DNA of 64,000 bases from assembly GCA_965200315.1 (NCBI GenBank), contig OZ241362.1:4544001-4608000 (forward strand), read 5' to 3'. Shown piece after piece: positions 29,455 through 39,976 of this stretch. Below the pieces are notes generated by a model. The model saw only the letters and a program-made list of their open reading frames with translations, made no database searches and was not told where the DNA came from. Position numbers and translations under genes: made by a program. Each line of letters starts with the position of its first letter. Within the stretch, counting starts at the first letter, position 1. This stretch comes from Candidatus Latescibacterota bacterium. Its GTDB lineage: Bacteria > Latescibacterota > UBA2968 > UBA8231.

Positions 29455-30840
29455 ATGCGTCCGAACATTCTCTGGATCTGCACCGATCAGCAGCGCTACG
29501 ATACGATTGGCGCACTGGGCAACGAGCACATCCGCACACCGAACATCGACCGCCTAGTCGGCGAGGGCACTGCGTTTACCCACGCCTTCTGCCAAAGCCC
29601 CATCTGCACCCCCAGCCGCGCCAGTTTTCTCACCGGCATGTATCCGAGCAGCGTCCACGGCTGCACCAATGGCAATGCCTACTGGGCCGGCGCGGCCCCG
29701 CTGGTCACCAAGCTGCTGGCCGACGCTGCGTCCTACGACTGCGGACTGGCCGGCAAGCTGCACCTAGCTGGTGCCCACGGCCGGATCGAGCCGCGTGGCG
29801 CCGACGGCTATCGCGTCTTCCACTGGAGCCACGACTCGCGCGACCAGTGGCCCGAAGGCCACGCGTACGCGGATTGGGTCCGCACCCAAGGCCGCACCTT
29901 AGCCGAGCTGCGCGAGGACCCTGCCCAGATGCCGGCGGCACTACACCAGACGACTTGGTGTGCAGACAAGGCCATTGAGTTCATGCGCGAGGAGCGCACC
30001 ACGCCTTGGCTGATGAGCGTCAACATGTTCGATCCGCACGCGCCCTTCGACCCGCCGCACGCGTACTTGGACCGCTACGATCCGGCGGCTCTGCCCGATC
30101 CGCTGTGGAGCGAAAAGGATCCCCAGGCCCATGAGCAACTCGGGCCGGTGGACGGCGCCGCGTCCATTGGCTTGGGTCAGGCCAAAGAGGTCATGGCGGC
30201 GTACTACGCGATGATCGAATTGATCGACGACAATGTGGGACGCATGATCCAAGCCCTAGAAGAAAGCGGCCAGCGCGAAAACACCCTAGTGATTTTCACT
30301 TCGGATCACGGCGAGCTGTTGGGCGACCATCAGCTTGTGGGCAAGGGGTGTCGATTTTACGAGTGCTTGGTGCGGGTGCCACTGATTTGCTCTTGGCCGG
30401 GGCATGTGCGCCAAGGAAGCGTCTGCGCTGCGCTGGTCGAACTGATGGACCTTGCCCCGACCTTGCTGGAACTAGCCGAAGTCCCCGCGCCCTGCAGAAT
30501 GCAGGGACGCTCGCTGTGGCCGCTGCTGACCGGCCAAACCGAGACGCACCGCGCCTACGTCCGCAGCGAGTACTACCGAGCCCTCAACCCGGACTCACCG
30601 GGTCGGGAGCATCTCCAAGGCACCTACGGCACGATGATCCGCGACCAGCGCTACAAGCTGATCTGCTACCACGACCGCGCCCAAGGCGAGCTGTTTGATC
30701 TAGAGGAAGACCCCGGCGAGTTCGACAACCGCTGGGACGACCCCACTTATGCAGCCGTGCGCTTCGCGCTGCTAAAACAGAACTTCGACGCGCTGGCCCA
30801 AGCCGTGGATATTGGCCCCAAGCAGGTTACGCAGTTTTAG
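29455..30840 (+). CDS. Sulfatase (Cys type)
   Basis: RPNIL..TDQQR, CTPSRAS, GKLH, DPHAP, SDHG. Confidence 0.92.
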   Translation: MRPNILWICTDQQRYDTIGALGNEHIRTPNIDRLVGEGTAFTHAFCQSPICTPSRASFLTGMYPSSVHGCTNGNAYWAGAAPLVTKLLADAASYDCGLAGKLHLAGAHGRIEPRGADGYRVFHWSHDSRDQWPEGHAYADWVRTQGRTLAELREDPAQMPAALHQTTWCADKAIEFMREERTTPWLMSVNMFDPHAPFDPPHAYLDRYDPAALPDPLWSEKDPQAHEQLGPVDGAASIGLGQAKEVMAAYYAMIELIDDNVGRMIQALEESGQRENTLVIFTSDHGELLGDHQLVGKGCRFYECLVRVPLICSWPGHVRQGSVCAALVELMDLAPTLLELAEVPAPCRMQGRSLWPLLTGQTETHRAYVRSEYYRALNPDSPGREHLQGTYGTMIRDQRYKLICYHDRAQGELFDLEEDPGEFDNRWDDPTYAAVRFALLKQNFDALAQAVDIGPKQVTQF

Positions 30841-30854
30841 CAGTCGCCAGCCTT

Positions 30855-31763
30855 ATGCGCGATCAGAAAAAGGCTTATCTCTGCGGGTTGGCTTCTGTGC
30901 TGCTGTGGTCAACCGTGGCGTCGGCGTTCAAGCTCACCCTCCGCTATATGGACTACGCCGAACTACTGTTCTGGGCTAGCTGCACTTCGACCGGGGTGTT
31001 GGGGGTACTACTTGTCGCGCAGGGGAAAATGGGACAGGTGTTCAGGAGCCGGCCGACTGACTGCGCCCGCTCGCTGATGCTGGGGGCGTTAAACCCCCTG
31101 CTCTACTATCTGATCCTCTTCAAAGCCTACCAGCTTCTGCCCGCCCAAGAAGCGCAGGCACTCAACTATACTTGGGCACTCACGCTAACTTGGCTCTCCA
31201 TACCGCTTCTAGGGCAGCGAATTAGCCGGCGCGATTGGGTCGCAGGCTTGGTCTGCTATGCGGGTGTACTGGTCATCTCCACGCACGGCGAAATCTGGAC
31301 TTTGCGCTTTTCCAATCCGCTCGGGGTGGCGCTGGCGCTGGGCAGCACGGTGGTATGGGCCTTGTATTGGATATACAATACCTTTTACAATATCCGCGAC
31401 GGGCGCGATCCCGTGGTGCGGCTCTTCCTCAATTTCGCTCTGTCCCTGCCGCTGACGTTCGGCTTCGTCCTGCTGATGGGCCAGTGGCAGGTGCCTGCCT
31501 GGCCGGGTTTGTTGGGGCCGGCCTACATCGGCCTCTTCGAGATGGGAATCGCCTATGTCCTATGGCAGTGCGCGCTGCGCTACGCGGAAAACACCTCCAA
31601 AGTCGGCAACCTAATTTTCATTTCCCCGTTCTGCTCCCTAGTGCTGATTCACTTCGTGTTAGGAGAGGCAATTCGCTGGGCGACCCTAGCGGGGCTTGTG
31701 TTCATCGTCGCTGGCTTGCTCTACCAGCAAAGGGGCGCGAAAGCTCACGCCGCCGGCTCGTGA
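30855..31763 (+). CDS. DMT/EamA family transporter
   Basis: 302 aa, ~10 hydrophobic segments, LLWSTVASAFKL, FVLGE. Confidence 0.85.
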   Translation: MRDQKKAYLCGLASVLLWSTVASAFKLTLRYMDYAELLFWASCTSTGVLGVLLVAQGKMGQVFRSRPTDCARSLMLGALNPLLYYLILFKAYQLLPAQEAQALNYTWALTLTWLSIPLLGQRISRRDWVAGLVCYAGVLVISTHGEIWTLRFSNPLGVALALGSTVVWALYWIYNTFYNIRDGRDPVVRLFLNFALSLPLTFGFVLLMGQWQVPAWPGLLGPAYIGLFEMGIAYVLWQCALRYAENTSKVGNLIFISPFCSLVLIHFVLGEAIRWATLAGLVFIVAGLLYQQRGAKAHAAGS

Positions 31764-31861
31764 TCCTCTCGTCACCGTCTCCACAAGCAGCCCAAGCAGG
31801 ATGGATGCGCTCTGAGTATGCAAAGGGGAAATGATGTGGACAGGACGTAACTATTTTTCTT

Positions 31862-31881
31862 GTTATTTGCCGAAAAATAAC
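31862..31881. promoter_or_regulatory. Palindromic operator-like site upstream of the Fic gene
   Basis: gttattt-gccgaa-aaataac perfect 7-bp inverted repeat in an AT-rich leader. Confidence 0.3.
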
Positions 31882-31931
31882 TGTAATTCTCGTTTGATAC
31901 GCATTTTTCAAGCATTTTTTTTAAACGCACT

Positions 31932-33458
31932 ATGGCTAAACAAGATCAAGATCAATCGAGATACAAGCTCGCGGGGTACTCAGCACTGATCGAGCAGTAC
32001 GAACTCGACGTCATCCCAAATTGGCATACATCCTTGATAGCCAGCAGCGGAATCCACCGGATCGATTCTCGCGCAGGCATCATCAAAGAAGTTTATCCAT
32101 CCAAGTACTGGCCTGGGGAGACACTGGGCGACCAGCTCGAATTTGCTCTCAAGTATGACGGAACGAACCTCGCCATTCTCGCCAGCTTGTTCCAGAAAGC
32201 ATCAGAGGACGATTTCCTCGCCTATGTCCGCTCGAAACCGACCGGCAAGTACGTCAGGCGCTTGTGGTTTTTCTATGAGTTCCTGACTGGGAAGAGACTC
32301 CCGTTGGATGACCTGAAGCGAGGGAACTACATCGATCTACTCGAACCAGATGCCTATTATACGATCGAACCGGGCCACCAAATCCGCCGTCAACGGGTCA
32401 ATGACAACCTGCTTGGTGAAAGTCGATTCTGTCCAACAGTTCGTCGCACCGATATTCTGCGAAACTTTGAAACGGACGAGCTGCATACGAGATGCCGACA
32501 AGTGGTGTCTCGTTATGCGCCAGAATTGTTACAGCGCGCGCTCAACTACCTGTACACCAAGGAAACAAAATCGTCTTTTGAAATCGAACACATCACCCCC
32601 ACCTCGACCCGAACCGAACGCTTCGTAGCTCTGCTCCACCTAGCCGAGCGGAAAGACTTTTGTCGCAAACCGCGGTTAATTGACTTACAGAACCGCATCG
32701 TTGACGCCCGGTTCTGCGATGCCGACTATCGAATGACCCAAAATTACGTCGGGCAGAGCGTGGCTTGGCAGCAAGAGCACATCCACTTTGTGGCCCCCAA
32801 GCCCGATGATTTAGCTGGCCTGATGGAAGGCCTAGTAGCCACTCACAAACGCATGGAAGTCGGTGCTGTTCCGCCTGTTATTCAAGCTGCTGCCATCACC
32901 TATGGATTCGTTTTTCTGCACCCCTTTGAGGACGGTAATGGTCGAATCCATCGCTTCTTAATCCACAATATTCTCGCTCGCCGTGGCTTTACACCCGAAA
33001 GCGTTATGTTTCCCATATCGGCAGTCATGCTAAAAAATCCAGCCGACTATGACGCCTCCCTAAATGCTTTCTCCCAACAGCTAATGCCCTTGGTGGAATA
33101 CACACTCGACCAAGATGGACGCTTGACTGTGCATAACGATACTGCTACATGGTACCGCTATATCGACATGACCCCCCAAGCAGAGACACTTTTTCGCTTC
33201 ATTGATCAGACCATAGATACCGAACTCGCCCGCGAACTGGCCTTCCTAGCCAACTACGATACGACCAAACAAGCCATCCAAGCCATCGTAGATATGCCCG
33301 ACCGACAGATTGACCTCTTCATTCGTTTTTGCCGCCAAAACAACGGCCAACTGTCCGCCCGAAAACGCGCAAGCCACTTTAACGATCTGGCAGATGAAGA
33401 AGTCGATTCTATGGAAGGTGTCGTGCAAGCCACTTATGGGAACGCCACCGTCCCGTAG
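31932..33458 (+). CDS. Fic family protein (long form)
   Basis: HPFEDGNGRIHR Fic motif; ETKSSFEIE inhibitory-helix-like motif; lower GC. Confidence 0.92.
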   Translation: MAKQDQDQSRYKLAGYSALIEQYELDVIPNWHTSLIASSGIHRIDSRAGIIKEVYPSKYWPGETLGDQLEFALKYDGTNLAILASLFQKASEDDFLAYVRSKPTGKYVRRLWFFYEFLTGKRLPLDDLKRGNYIDLLEPDAYYTIEPGHQIRRQRVNDNLLGESRFCPTVRRTDILRNFETDELHTRCRQVVSRYAPELLQRALNYLYTKETKSSFEIEHITPTSTRTERFVALLHLAERKDFCRKPRLIDLQNRIVDARFCDADYRMTQNYVGQSVAWQQEHIHFVAPKPDDLAGLMEGLVATHKRMEVGAVPPVIQAAAITYGFVFLHPFEDGNGRIHRFLIHNILARRGFTPESVMFPISAVMLKNPADYDASLNAFSQQLMPLVEYTLDQDGRLTVHNDTATWYRYIDMTPQAETLFRFIDQTIDTELARELAFLANYDTTKQAIQAIVDMPDRQIDLFIRFCRQNNGQLSARKRASHFNDLADEEVDSMEGVVQATYGNATVP

Positions 33459-33475
33459 CCTCATTCTTTACACCC

Positions 33476-34219
33476 CTACCAATTCGTATAGGACCCATCA
33501 TCGCGCAGATAGCCGGTGGGTGGTCCGTAGTCCTGTGTTGATACGGTGGCGAGTGCTGCTTCGTCAAATTCAATGCCGAGGCCGGGAGCTGAGGGAGGCA
33601 AGAGGTAGCCCGATTCAAACGGCACCTGCACTGGAAACTCATCGGCAAGTGAAGACATCGGCGCACGAGGAAGTTCTTGGACACCGACGAGTGACGATGC
33701 CAAACAAAGATGCAGACAGGCTGCGGTAGAAACCGGCCCGAGCGGGGGTTCAAACGTCCCTTTGTCTGCACCATCAGCCAAACCCCAGCGGACGAATTTC
33801 CAACCGGCCTCATGGGTTTGGCGACAGCTCTCAACAAGGGCATCAATCGTGCCGCCGCCGTTGTGCGGATAGCAGACGACTTTGTCTCTCGTGCGCCCAC
33901 CCAAAAGTTCGTACACAGGCACATTGAGTGCTTTCCCTTTGATGTCCCAGAGTGCGATATCTACGGCACTTACTGCGGCGGATTGGACGACACCGCCGGG
34001 AAAGAAACCACCGCGAAACATCACTTGCCACAGATGTTCAATTTGGAACGGGTCCGCACCGATGAGAAACGGTTCAAAAGAGCGAATAACTTCGGCTAAA
34101 GCGAGGGCGCGCCGTCTCAATCCCCCTTCGCCGAGACCGTAGATGCCCGCATCGGTTTCTACCTTCACGAAGAAATAGCCGCTCGATCCAACAAAGGATT
34201 TGATCTTAGTGATTTTCAT
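33476..34219 (-). pseudogene. Enolase-superfamily (galactonate dehydratase/mandelate racemase-like) gene with in-frame internal deletion
   Basis: SAVDIALWDIKGKALNVPVYELLGG intact; GTFEP joined directly to PLGPVSTAAC at ~33746; metal-ligand barrel segment absent; only 247 aa. Confidence 0.75.
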
Positions 34220-34248
34220 AAATTCCTTCATTAATGTTTGGCGTCAGC

Positions 34249-35142
34249 TCACTCCACCGGCCCGTAGTGCGGCCCCCATTGGCGGGCTATACCCCTCCCT
34301 AGGGCTAGGAGCGCCTGTTGTTCGCCTGCATCCAACGGTGCGTAGCGCCGCACCCATTCGATATTCTGCACTAGCTCTTCCTCGTTATAGACTCCAATGA
34401 CCGCCAGATTTACTCCCGGCAATCCCAAGGCGTAGCGCAACGCCCGCTCGTGATCGTCAAAGCCGCTGTTGGTCATCGCCGAGGGCCGGGGCGTGTCGTA
34501 TGCCATGTCGATGGCTCCGCCGTACACCTTCATCGCAGCGACGCCAGCGTTCTGAGCACGAGCCAAAGGCAGGACCACCTCCTCAAAGTTGTAAATGTGG
34601 CAGTCGGCGAAGCTGAAGGCGAACATACAGGCGTCGATTTCGACCTCGCGCAGAACCTTGGCAGACTTCCAAGGGGCGTGGTGAGCGGTGATGCCGATAT
34701 AGCGAGTCCAGCCGCGCCGCTGCGCTTCGCGCAAGCCAGCGAGAGCACCGTCTTTAGCCAGCACTTGTTCTAGGTCTAAGTGCCCTAGCGAATGAACGTA
34801 CATCAGGTCCAAGTGGTCAGTACCCAAAGCGTCCAAGTTCTTTTCGACGATGTCGAGTGCCTCTTGATAGTGGGCCGTGTGGGCCTTGCTGACCAAAAAC
34901 AATTCGCGCCGACAATGAGGGATAATCTGGGCGAGCTGGCTCTGGGCGAGCTCGTAGCCGGGGGCTGTGTCGATGTAGGTAACGCCGAGGTCAATGGCCC
35001 GTTCAAAAAGCGCGATGGCATCCGCGTCTGCTAGGCCCATGCCGCCGGGGGCCGTGCCCAAGCCGAGCATGGGGACGTGTTCGCCGGTCTTGCCGAAAGT
35101 GGCTTGCGGCAGGGGGGCTATGTCGATGGAGGCGGTAGTCAT
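34249..35142 (-). CDS. Aldo/keto reductase
   Basis: LGLGT, YIDTAPGY, DLMYVH, AMKVYG. Confidence 0.88.
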   Translation of the reverse strand: MTTASIDIAPLPQATFGKTGEHVPMLGLGTAPGGMGLADADAIALFERAIDLGVTYIDTAPGYELAQSQLAQIIPHCRRELFLVSKAHTAHYQEALDIVEKNLDALGTDHLDLMYVHSLGHLDLEQVLAKDGALAGLREAQRRGWTRYIGITAHHAPWKSAKVLREVEIDACMFAFSFADCHIYNFEEVVLPLARAQNAGVAAMKVYGGAIDMAYDTPRPSAMTNSGFDDHERALRYALGLPGVNLAVIGVYNEEELVQNIEWVRRYAPLDAGEQQALLALGRGIARQWGPHYGPVE

Positions 35143-35290
35143 AATAGCTGCTTCCTTGGTTGGGGGGACGAATACTTGCGGACAAATCTAACCAAACGGC
35201 ACGGCGGCAACAGGGCGCGTTTTGCCCACTGTCTGCGGTTTGGTATGTTAAGCCGACTAATTTCACTAGCTCGAATCAAAGGAGGACATT

Positions 35291-35656
35291 TTGGTCATTC
35301 GCAATTGGCGCAACGTCACGCCCGTCGTCGGGCATGAATCCAAACTGATCTGGTCGATTTTTCGCGCTCAGAGCGCCGAAGGACTAGACGAAAACGAAGC
35401 GGTACTCCTAGGATTTTCCGGCCTAACGCTACATCGCCTGCAAGGGGGACTAGAAGGCGATTATCACGAGCACGAGGCCACCGAACAGGTGTACTACTTC
35501 CTCAGCGGCCAAGGGCAGATGAAGATCGACGGGGAGATCTACGAAGTGCGCGAGGGCGATGCAGTACACATCCCACCGAAGGTCAAGCATCAGCTTTCCA
35601 ACACAGGAGACGATTGGGTCGAGCACTTGATCATCAGCTCACAAGTCGCAGGATAG
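35291..35656 (+). CDS. Cupin domain protein
   Basis: HEHEATEQVYYF..GDAVHIPPKVKH; ggagg RBS with TTG start. Confidence 0.85.
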   Translation: MVIRNWRNVTPVVGHESKLIWSIFRAQSAEGLDENEAVLLGFSGLTLHRLQGGLEGDYHEHEATEQVYYFLSGQGQMKIDGEIYEVREGDAVHIPPKVKHQLSNTGDDWVEHLIISSQVAG

Positions 35657-35659
35657 GCG

Positions 35660-36595
35660 GTGTCTGCAACTCCCCTGATTATGGACGTCGATACGGGCGT
35701 TGACGACGCCCTCGCCCTGCTTTTGGCCTTGGCCTCGCCCGAGGTCGAGTTGGTGGGCGTCTCTACGGTGGCTGGCAATGTGCCGCTGCATCGAACGACC
35801 GACAACACACTGCGCCTGTTGCAGTGGGCGGGTCGAGCCGACGTTCCGGTGTACGCTGGCGCAGAGCAGCCTTTGGTGCGAGACGCGGTCGCCGCCGCCG
35901 ACGTACACGGCGCAACCGGTCTAGGCGCGGCCCAGTTGCCCGCGGCGCACACCTCGCCAGCGGGCGACGGGGTGGAATTTCTGCTGAGCACTTTGCAGGC
36001 GCGCCCCGGAGAGGTAACGCTCGTCGCGACCGGGCCGTTGACTAACTTGGCGCAGGCTGAGGCGCGGGTGCCGGGCGTCATGCGACAGGCGCGTCAAGTG
36101 GTGATCATGGGTGGGGCCTTACAAGTGCCGGGCAATATCACGCCAACGGCCGAGTTCAATTTCTACGCCGACCCACACGCCGCACGTCAAGTCCTCGCGT
36201 CCGAAGCCGAGCTGGTATTGGTGGGGCTGGACGTCACCGAGCAGGTCTGGCTAGATCAGACCGCCTTGCAAGCTGGCACAGGGACGCGCGCGGGGTTTTG
36301 CCGTGCAGCGTGTGAGCCAGTGATCGCCTTTGAGGCCGCGCACTACGGCTCCGCTGGAATGCACGTGCATGATCCCATGGCCTTAGGAACGGCCCTGTGG
36401 CCGCAGCTCTTCCGCACGCAGCAACTGTGGGTGGATGTGGAGACGGTCGGCGAACTGACCGCCGGGCAGGTAGTAGTTGACCTGCGCGCCTTGGCGAGCG
36501 ACCAAGAGCGGCTGGGGCGGCCCGTAGCGTGTGCTATGGACGTGGAACAGGCGCGCTTTCTCGAGTTATTCACTGAGCGGGTATTGACGCCTTAG
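35660..36595 (+). CDS. Nucleoside hydrolase (IU-NH family)
   Basis: DVDTGVDDALA, VHG..GLG, TGPLTN, AEFNFYADP, HDP. Confidence 0.92.
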   Translation: MSATPLIMDVDTGVDDALALLLALASPEVELVGVSTVAGNVPLHRTTDNTLRLLQWAGRADVPVYAGAEQPLVRDAVAAADVHGATGLGAAQLPAAHTSPAGDGVEFLLSTLQARPGEVTLVATGPLTNLAQAEARVPGVMRQARQVVIMGGALQVPGNITPTAEFNFYADPHAARQVLASEAELVLVGLDVTEQVWLDQTALQAGTGTRAGFCRAACEPVIAFEAAHYGSAGMHVHDPMALGTALWPQLFRTQQLWVDVETVGELTAGQVVVDLRALASDQERLGRPVACAMDVEQARFLELFTERVLTP

Positions 36596-36845
36596 CTCGC
36601 CTTCATCCCATTATACTGTTTGCGTTGTAGATTTGTGTTCATGGCGGAAGGGGGGATAAGTTGGTTTGTTGGGAAAGGATTGGTCTCGTTCCTAAAAGGT
36701 CTCATGGATGGGGCGTGTCCGATACAGTCTCACCCCGCATGGCTCTGTCCGCCCTGCTACACAGCCGCCGTGGTATAGGTCTTGCCAATATGCGGTGCAG
36801 AGATTTTTCGCGCTGTGTATTGTTTAGCAAACCGGAGGTTTGATA

Positions 36846-37109
36846 ATGAGTGAGTCCCATCCGGCACCGAAGCGGCCTTATCCGCTAGATCACGAGGGCC
36901 GCACCCCCCGGCTAGAGGGCATCATCGAGCAAATTGACGTCCGGCTAGGCCGCATCGAAACCAAGCTCGACGCCAACGACGCCAAAATCGACGCGACTCG
37001 CGAGGCCCTTGACGGCAAAATTGACCGGCTCTACCGCTGAGTGATACCGCTGTAGATCACGACGATCTTAGCGATTGTAGGACTGGCGTTTGAGACATTT
37101 AGCGGCTAG
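36846..37109 (+). pseudogene. Small coiled-coil + C-terminal TM protein with two in-frame stops
   Basis: ..RLEGIIEQIDVRLGRIETKLD..KIDRLYR*VIPL*ITTILAIVGLAFETFSG*; ggagg RBS. Confidence 0.55.
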
Positions 37110-37282
37110 CACCGAAGGTAGCAGCGCGACCCCTAGCCGCAGTGGCAGCCACCGCTGAGCAAGCTGGCCGCTGACAAATCCCGGGGCGGCGCTTTGCCAA
37201 AGGCGAGGTTGAGGACGTCGAGGGCCTCTTCAAAATCCGCGGCATGCAGCCGACTGATGGCAGTGGATGCGGCCGCTTTCAC
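37110..37282 (-). pseudogene. Probable GNAT acetyltransferase remnant (N-terminus fused to putative C-terminus)
   Basis: MKAAASTAISRLHAADFEEALDVLNLAFGKAPPRD, then other-frame GQLAQRWLPLRLG. Confidence 0.4.
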
Positions 37283-37287
37283 CGCGC

Positions 37288-37830
37288 TTAGGCCGTCGGT
37301 TGGAGGCGGTCGGCAAACTTCTGGCGAAACGCCTGCATCTTGGGATCGATGACTAGCGCGCAGTAGGGCTGGTTGGGATTGAGCCGGTAGTAGTTTTGGT
37401 GGTACGCCTCGGCCGGCCAAAAGGCACTGGCGGGCGCGATCTCGGTCACGATCGGATCAGCCCAAAGGTCGCTCGTGTCCGCAGCGGCTCTGGCGGCGGC
37501 CGCCGCCGCTTGCTGCTCGGGGCGGTGGTAGAAAATCACCGACCGGTACTGAGTACCGCGATCCGCGCCTTGGCGGTTGAGCGTGGTGGGATCGTGCGTA
37601 CGCCAGAAGACGTAGAGCAAGTAGTCAAAGCTGATGACCTCGGGATCGAATTGCAGTTGCACGACCTCAGCGTGACCAGTCCGACCACTGCAAACGGCCT
37701 CGTACGTAGGTTTTTCCAACGCGCCGCCCATATAGCCAGAGACCGCGCTGGCAACGCCCCGCAGGTCTTGGTACACGGCTTCGACGCACCAGAAGCAACC
37801 CGCGCCCAGAGTGGTAGTTTCCAAACTCAT
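37288..37830 (-). CDS. msrA: Peptide-methionine (S)-S-oxide reductase
   Basis: GAGCFWCVE, TGHAEVV, HDPTTLNRQGADRGTQYRS, AEAYHQNY. Start ATG 37830. Confidence 0.95.
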   Translation of the reverse strand: MSLETTTLGAGCFWCVEAVYQDLRGVASAVSGYMGGALEKPTYEAVCSGRTGHAEVVQLQFDPEVISFDYLLYVFWRTHDPTTLNRQGADRGTQYRSVIFYHRPEQQAAAAAARAAADTSDLWADPIVTEIAPASAFWPAEAYHQNYYRLNPNQPYCALVIDPKMQAFRQKFADRLQPTA

Positions 37831-38027
37831 CCTCCATCCTCCATCCACTTCTTGTATTGCCGCCACGTGCCGCCCTTGGGGTGCTTCTCTAGGGTGTGAT
37901 GGACCCGCTCGTGGGCTCGATGGTTGTCCTCGACGAGACGGCCCACCCCGCGCCCTTGGGCCCGGTGGACGAACCAGAAAACTAGCGAGAAGAAGATCAG
38001 ATATAGCCCTTTGCCAAAGTATTCCAT
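37827..38027 (-). CDS. Small membrane-anchored hypothetical protein
   Basis: 66 aa, ggagg RBS, N-terminal TM, stop overlaps the msrA start. Confidence 0.55.
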   Translation of the reverse strand: MEYFGKGLYLIFFSLVFWFVHRAQGRGVGRLVEDNHRAHERVHHTLEKHPKGGTWRQYKKWMEDGG

Positions 38028-38137
38028 AGCATCCTCCAAACGACTTTAAGGTAGGAACCTCAGCAGTCCCCGGCAACGCGCTCCGCTTGACCGGGGCAGG
38101 CGGTCGCTTACCTTGAAACGCAGAAAGGAGACTACCC

Positions 38138-39058
38138 ATGTTGTACAGAGCATTTGGCCGAACGGGCTGGCAGGTCTCGGCCATCGGTTTGGGAACCTGG
38201 AACATCGGCAACCAATGGGGGCCTATCGACGAGGCCACAGCTTGGGATACGGTGCGCACGGCTTTTGACTGCGGCGTCAATCTCTTCGACGCGGCCGAGT
38301 CCTACGGCACGCCCAACGGGCTGTCGGAAGAGCGGTTGGGACGCGCCTTGGCCGGCATCCGGCACCAAGTTTTTGTCGTCAGCAAAATCGGCAATTGGGG
38401 AGCGCGCACCGGGCAGGGCGTGCCCAAAACCACGGTCGATATGATCCGCCTGTGCGCCCACGCCTCCCTGCACAGGCTGCGCAGCGACTGGCACGACGTG
38501 CTGCTGTGCCACGAAGGCAACATCGACGATCCATCCATCTACTTGGATGCCTTTGCTGCGCTCGTTGAGGAAGGGCGGCTGCGGGCCTTTGGCATTTCGA
38601 CCGATAGCCTAGCAGTGCTAAAGCACTTCAACGCCCGAGGCGATTGCTCGGTGGTGGAGATAGACTATTCGCTGGTCAACCTCCAAGCCGAAGCCGAGCT
38701 TTTGCCCTATTGCCAAGAACACGGCATTGCCGTACTGGTGAGGGGGCCGCTGGCCAAGGGGCTTTTGTCTGGCCGCTACACGAAAGAGTCGGTTTTTACC
38801 GACGAAGTGCGGCAGCCCCTCAACGCCGGCGAGCCACAGCGCGCCGAATTCGAGGCCAAGCTGGCACACGTCAAGCGCCTCGCCGAGGTCGTCGCGCCCG
38901 GCGAGGCCATGGTGGAAAAATCCCTCCAGTACGTCATTTCCCATCCAGCCGCGCCAGTGGCTATCCCCGGTGCCAAGTCAGCCGCCCAAGCCCGCGCCAA
39001 CGCCGCCGGAGCGCAACTTTTGCCCGCTGACGAAATAGAAAGGTTGCGGGGAATATGA
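38138..39058 (+). CDS. Aldo/keto reductase
   Basis: VSAIGLGTW, FDAAESYG, GPLAKGLLSG, IPGAK. Confidence 0.9.
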   Translation: MLYRAFGRTGWQVSAIGLGTWNIGNQWGPIDEATAWDTVRTAFDCGVNLFDAAESYGTPNGLSEERLGRALAGIRHQVFVVSKIGNWGARTGQGVPKTTVDMIRLCAHASLHRLRSDWHDVLLCHEGNIDDPSIYLDAFAALVEEGRLRAFGISTDSLAVLKHFNARGDCSVVEIDYSLVNLQAEAELLPYCQEHGIAVLVRGPLAKGLLSGRYTKESVFTDEVRQPLNAGEPQRAEFEAKLAHVKRLAEVVAPGEAMVEKSLQYVISHPAAPVAIPGAKSAAQARANAAGAQLLPADEIERLRGI

Positions 39059-39104
39059 ATTATCGCCACAAAAGTACGTATCCTATTGCAAAGAGGAGCA
39101 TCCC

Positions 39105-39965
39105 ATGACCTTAGTCGGCAGCGGAGCATTCACCTATGCAGTGCAGCAGGATTGGTTTGAATTGCCGGAAGGCTGGCGCTTTGGCTGGGTTCCAGCGGTC
39201 GCTTGCGATTCCGAAGATCGGGTCTATGTGTACAGCCGCAGCGAGCGTCCCATGGTCGTCTTCGACCGCGAGGGGTGCTTTGTCGCCTCGTGGGGCGAAG
39301 AGGTGCTAAAGGACGCCCACGGCATCTTTATCGACGACCGCGACCAAATCTGGTGCATCGAGCGCGAAACCCACTGCGTGCGCCAGTTCACCCGCGACGG
39401 CGAGCTGCTTTTGACCTTGGGAACGCCAGACCAAGAAGGCGCGGAGGGCCAGCCCTTCCGGCTGCCTACCGACTTAGCGCTCGACGCCGACGGCTATATC
39501 TACGTATCCGACGGCTACGGCAACGCCTGCATCCACAGGTATGCACCCGACGGCGAATTCATCAAGACGTGGGGCCGCCCGGGCAGCGGCCCGGGGGAAT
39601 TCGACCTGCCCCACTGCGTGCGCGTGGACCAACGCGGGCGGCTGCTGGTGGCCGACCGCGCCAACAACCGCATCCAGTTTTTCGACCTCGACGGCAACTA
39701 CCTAGAGGAATGGGGCGGCTTTCACCATCCCGATACCATTTTCCTCGACGGGGATACGGTCTATGTCGCGGAGCTCGACCAGCGGGTGAGCATTCTCAAC
39801 CTCGACGGCGAATGGCTCGCTCAATGGGGCTCGGGCGAGCGCATCGACGCACCGGGAGAATTCCTCGGCTGCCCCCACGGCATTTGGATGGATTCCCGCG
39901 GCGACCTCTACGTGGGGGAAGTGCAAACCGACCATCGCATTCAGAAGTTCGTGCGGCAACACTAA
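39105..39965 (+). CDS. NHL-repeat beta-propeller (PAL-like amidating lyase family)
   Basis: AHGIF, PTDLA, VSDGYGN, GPGEFDLPH, VADRANNRIQ, CPHGIW. Confidence 0.88.
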   Translation: MTLVGSGAFTYAVQQDWFELPEGWRFGWVPAVACDSEDRVYVYSRSERPMVVFDREGCFVASWGEEVLKDAHGIFIDDRDQIWCIERETHCVRQFTRDGELLLTLGTPDQEGAEGQPFRLPTDLALDADGYIYVSDGYGNACIHRYAPDGEFIKTWGRPGSGPGEFDLPHCVRVDQRGRLLVADRANNRIQFFDLDGNYLEEWGGFHHPDTIFLDGDTVYVAELDQRVSILNLDGEWLAQWGSGERIDAPGEFLGCPHGIWMDSRGDLYVGEVQTDHRIQKFVRQH

Positions 39966-39976
39966 GGAGGTTGGTG

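Noticed and set aside
37038-37055. In-frame TGA and TAG in a small ORF as possible Sec/Pyl or code reassignment
   Set aside because: Context fits Trp (TGG) and Gln (CAG) point mutations, there is no redox motif, and TGA/TAG are normal stops throughout the window
37831-38280. N-terminal extension of MsrA in the 330-aa ORF
   Set aside because: Overlaps the opposite-strand aldo/keto reductase and a small ORF with its own RBS; the real start is ATG 37830
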